A stretch of 63,534 nucleotides of DNA, the filler included, from Planctomycetota bacterium (GTDB taxonomy: Bacteria > Planctomycetota > Planctomycetia > JALXBF01), in NCBI GenBank assembly GCA_026991575.1. It is 6 parts of 6 records of this genome, joined end to end, with 100 filler letters (N's around TTAATTAATTAA, not from the genome) between each part and the next. Parts side by side here need not be neighbours in the genome. Positions count along the whole stretch, not along the records: positions 59,870 to 61,658 come from JALXBF010000068.1; positions 61,759 to 63,534 come from JALXBF010000071.1; 4 more parts are not named here. One strand, written 5' to 3'. The notes below the pieces were generated by a model, which saw only the letters and a list, made by a program, of their open reading frames with translations, did no database searches and was not told the origin of the DNA. Both the position numbers and the translations under genes were made by a program. Shown here one piece after another: positions 60,859 to 63,534 of the stretch; within the stretch, counting starts at the first letter, position 1; every line of letters begins with the position of its first letter.

Positions 60859-61658
60859 TCATGCGCGTGCGCGGTGGCGGGCATAGAAGAGGATCAAGGC
60901 AAGCGTGGCACAGAGGACGGCCAGCCCCAGCCACAGCCGCCACGGGTGCGGGTCAACCAGAGGCCGGGAGGTCGTGCGGACCTCCCAACTGTTGACGATG
61001 TCCCCGTTGTGGTCCAGTTCGTACACAATCGTGCCCGGAGGAAACTTCACTGCAAGCTGTTCCGACGACAGCGGCTCCAAGAGACGTTCAACCCGAACCA
61101 AACGGCGGCACTTCCAGACCCAGTAATCGCCCCACCTTTCGCGACCGGCGGGGCCTGGAGGCGGCGACCAGCCGACGGACCAGGTGATCGCCGGGAACCA
61201 CAGTCCGGGCTCAAACTCCAGCCAGTCCCGCACCTCGCTGCGGTATGACGATATGGGCCACGATCCGTCGTCTTCCTGGTACCACCAATGAGTGCTGTGT
61301 TGCCAGCAGATGTAGTTGCGGTCGATTGCAAAGATCATCTCGTAGTATGCCCCTTCTCCACGGTATGGCTCGCTGCCGCGCAATGCCTCGAGCACGATAC
61401 TTCGGATCCCACCGATGTTCCTGGGACCGCTGATTCGGATCCTGGAAGTGAGCTCCTTTAGCTCCTCGAGGTAGCTGATCCTCAAGTCAGGCAGAAGGAG
61501 GTTGAAGTAGTTGTCGCTGAGCGTTCCGGCCGGTGCAACGTTCGCAAGCGCTTGGAGTTCCGGGTCGTCGTCGAGCGGTGCGCTCAACCACCGGTCCTGT
61601 ATGCCGTCTGAAGCATATTGTTCAAGCAAGCGGCGAGTCCCTTTGTAGGAGCGGTAGA
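60859..61658 (-). CDS. Hypothetical protein with C-terminal membrane anchor (5' partial)
   Basis: Frame open to the contig edge, with FPPGTIVY and a terminal TM helix followed by a basic tail. Confidence 0.6.
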
Positions 61659-61758
61659 NNNNNNNNNNNNNNNNNNNNNNNNNNNNNNNNNNNNNNNNNN
61701 NNTTAATTAATTAANNNNNNNNNNNNNNNNNNNNNNNNNNNNNNNNNNNNNNNNNNNN
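61659..61758. other. Artificial contig linker
   Basis: N44-TTAATTAATTAA-N44. Confidence 0.98.
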
Positions 61759-62865
61759 GGCTGGCGTAACGTGACAGCGCGCGCCTGCACGTTGTCGTGG
61801 AGCGGCCACTACTACCAGGGCGGCGACGGTCGGGACCGCCCCTACGAGCGACCCGACGGACTGGGCACCGAGCCCTCGGACGGGCCGCTGCTGATCGAGG
61901 ACACGGTGGTCGAGCACAACTGCGGGGACGGGCTGGATTCGAAGACGGCGCGAACGACCATCCGCCGCTGCGTGGTCGCCAACAACCGCTGCGACGGCGT
62001 GAAACTGTGGGCGGACAGCAGCCTCGTGCTCAACACCCTGATCTACGGCCGAGGCGACGGAGATCCTCAGCCCACCCCCTGGGCAGCGCTGGTGATTGAC
62101 CAGGTGGAACAGGCCGGCGCCCACTTCGAAATCACCAACGTCACGATCGACGACTCGCTTGGTCAAAACTACCTGGTGTACGTTCAGTACGGCAATCACG
62201 TGCCGGTGGAGGTAAAGTTCCGGAATTGCATTTTCAGCGCCCGTGGCCCGGAGTCGCCCATCTACGTCAATGAGGCCAGTCGGCTGGAGGCCAACTACTG
62301 CCTTTTCTACTTTCCGCGCTCAGCTTCTCCGGTCGTGTACGGAAACCGCACGATTTCCTGCAGCGATCTCGACTCCCTTGGAACCGGCAACTTTTGCGCA
62401 AACCCCCTCTTTGTGCGCACAGCCTGGGGCAACCGGGGTGACTACCACCTGCTGCCGGGCAGTCCGGCCATCGACGCAGGTGATCCCTCCGTGACCTGGA
62501 ACGACACCGACGGCAGCCGCAACGACCTGGGCGCGTTCGGTGGCCCCGGGCCCCTGCTGACCCGCGTCGTTCCCTTTCAAGACGCCCCACGGGGCAGACC
62601 GACACGTTTTGAGCTGCTGGCTGTCCAGCCCAATCCAGCCCGGAACCGGATCACCATCCGCTACCGCCTGGCGTCTCCAGCTACCGTACGCGTCGCACTC
62701 TACGACGTCCTCGGACGCCGGGTAATGGGACCAACGACCCGCCGCCTGACAGCAGGCTACCACGAGTTCTCACTGGACGTCGCAGGCCTGCCGGCAGGCG
62801 TGTACGTGCTGCACGTGCGGGCGGGTTCGGCCTCCGCGACGCGGAAATTCTGCGTGGTCAGGTGA
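61759..62865 (+). CDS. Right-handed beta-helix protein with T9SS type A-like sorting domain (5' partial)
   Basis: Beta-helix repeats and DYHLLPGSPAIDAG, then QPNP....TIRY.L...VRVALYDVLGRRV...LPAGVYVL....RKFCVVR. Confidence 0.8.
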   Translation, partial: GWRNVTARACTLSWSGHYYQGGDGRDRPYERPDGLGTEPSDGPLLIEDTVVEHNCGDGLDSKTARTTIRRCVVANNRCDGVKLWADSSLVLNTLIYGRGDGDPQPTPWAALVIDQVEQAGAHFEITNVTIDDSLGQNYLVYVQYGNHVPVEVKFRNCIFSARGPESPIYVNEASRLEANYCLFYFPRSASPVVYGNRTISCSDLDSLGTGNFCANPLFVRTAWGNRGDYHLLPGSPAIDAGDPSVTWNDTDGSRNDLGAFGGPGPLLTRVVPFQDAPRGRPTRFELLAVQPNPARNRITIRYRLASPATVRVALYDVLGRRVMGPTTRRLTAGYHEFSLDVAGLPAGVYVLHVRAGSASATRKFCVVR

Positions 62866-62934
62866 TTCGCCGGGCCTTTCCGACTAGGACCTCGCCCGTT
62901 CGTCTCGCCAAACGCCAGAAAATCCAACTCTTCG

Positions 62935-62963
62935 TTGACATTTGGGCAAGAATCCGCTAATTT
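62935..62963 (+). promoter_or_regulatory. Sigma70-type promoter
   Basis: TTGACA-17 bp-TAATTT, about 90 nt upstream of ATG 63053. Confidence 0.6.
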
Positions 62964-63052
62964 ACGGCAAGGTAACAAAGCCAGGAGCAGAGCTCCGCAT
63001 TTCAAACCGTGACCCTGGTGCAAGCCGCAAATCCACACAACGAGGTAAAGCT

Positions 63053-63534
63053 ATGAGCGAAAACCGGCGCGAACAACGCGATCTCGACCGCCGCGATTTT
63101 CTGAAGCTTGGCGCAGCCGCCGGCGTGGGCGTAGCCCTGGCGTCGGCCCCGGCGCTGGCCAGATCCACAGGCGAGAGTCCACTGGATGGGCCTGCTAAAG
63201 AGTTTGTCGCCCCGCCCATCGAAAAAGTCCGCATCGGCTACGTGGGCGTGGGAGGCATGGGGACGAACCACGTGCGCAATCTGGTGCGCATCCCCGGCTG
63301 CGAGATTCACGCCGTCTGCGACATTGTGCCGGAGCGCGCCGAGCGCGCCCAGAAGATCGTGATGGACGCCGGTTTCCCGAAGCCCGAAGCCTACACGCGC
63401 GGTCCGTACGACTTCAAGCGCCTGTGCGAACGGGACGACCTGGATCTCGTCTACACCGCAACCCCCTGGGAGTGGCACGTGCCGGTTTGCGTGGCCGCGA
63501 TGGAAGCGGGCAAACATGCGGCCACGGAGGTGCC
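63053..63534 (+). CDS. Tat-exported Gfo/Idh/MocA oxidoreductase, GH109-like (3' partial)
   Basis: MSENRREQRDLDRRDFLK Tat signal, VRIGYVGVGGMG and DLVYTATPWEWHVPVCVAAMEAGKHAATEV; GAGG RBS. Not in the ORF track because it runs off the window. Confidence 0.88.
   Translation, partial: MSENRREQRDLDRRDFLKLGAAAGVGVALASAPALARSTGESPLDGPAKEFVAPPIEKVRIGYVGVGGMGTNHVRNLVRIPGCEIHAVCDIVPERAERAQKIVMDAGFPKPEAYTRGPYDFKRLCERDDLDLVYTATPWEWHVPVCVAAMEAGKHAATEV

Overview
The window is six unrelated contigs joined by artificial 100-nt linkers (N44-TTAATTAATTAA-N44 at 25206, 50447, 57837, 59770 and 61659), so adjacency across a linker carries no biological meaning. Contig 1 (1-25205) is GC-rich, Planctomycetota-like core genome: the gnd 3' end, amidohydrolases, cupins, a HAD hydrolase, tRNA-Ala(GGC), an M16 peptidase, an ABC-2 exporter, dnaG-rpoD, a cytochrome c/WD40 protein and an AOR fragment. 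It also holds an apparent secreted CxxU selenoprotein that the ORF track splits at an in-frame UGA, which is followed by a strong hairpin. Contig 2 (25306-50446) looks like a defence island. A giant UvrD-like helicase with possible RelE-like N-terminal units and a helical tail precedes a type III-D CRISPR effector operon (HD-less Cas10 with intact GGDD, two Cas11-like genes, and no cas6, cas1, cas2 or CARF/SAVED gene). After an orphan gene come a UPF1/DNA2-like helicase, a translationally coupled PIN nuclease and a ClpB-like AAA+ ATPase, converging on a radical SAM gene and a DUF2997-like gene. That block is the best candidate for an undescribed system. Contig 3 carries an 8-repeat CRISPR array, a 2H phosphoesterase, a Ser/Thr kinase-TPR protein and an MCP fragment. 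The three short contigs carry an MFS transporter with rpsR, a truncated GT39-like gene, and a T9SS-sorted protein with a GH109-like gene; the last may come from another lineage. All family calls come from reading motifs by eye; no database search was run.
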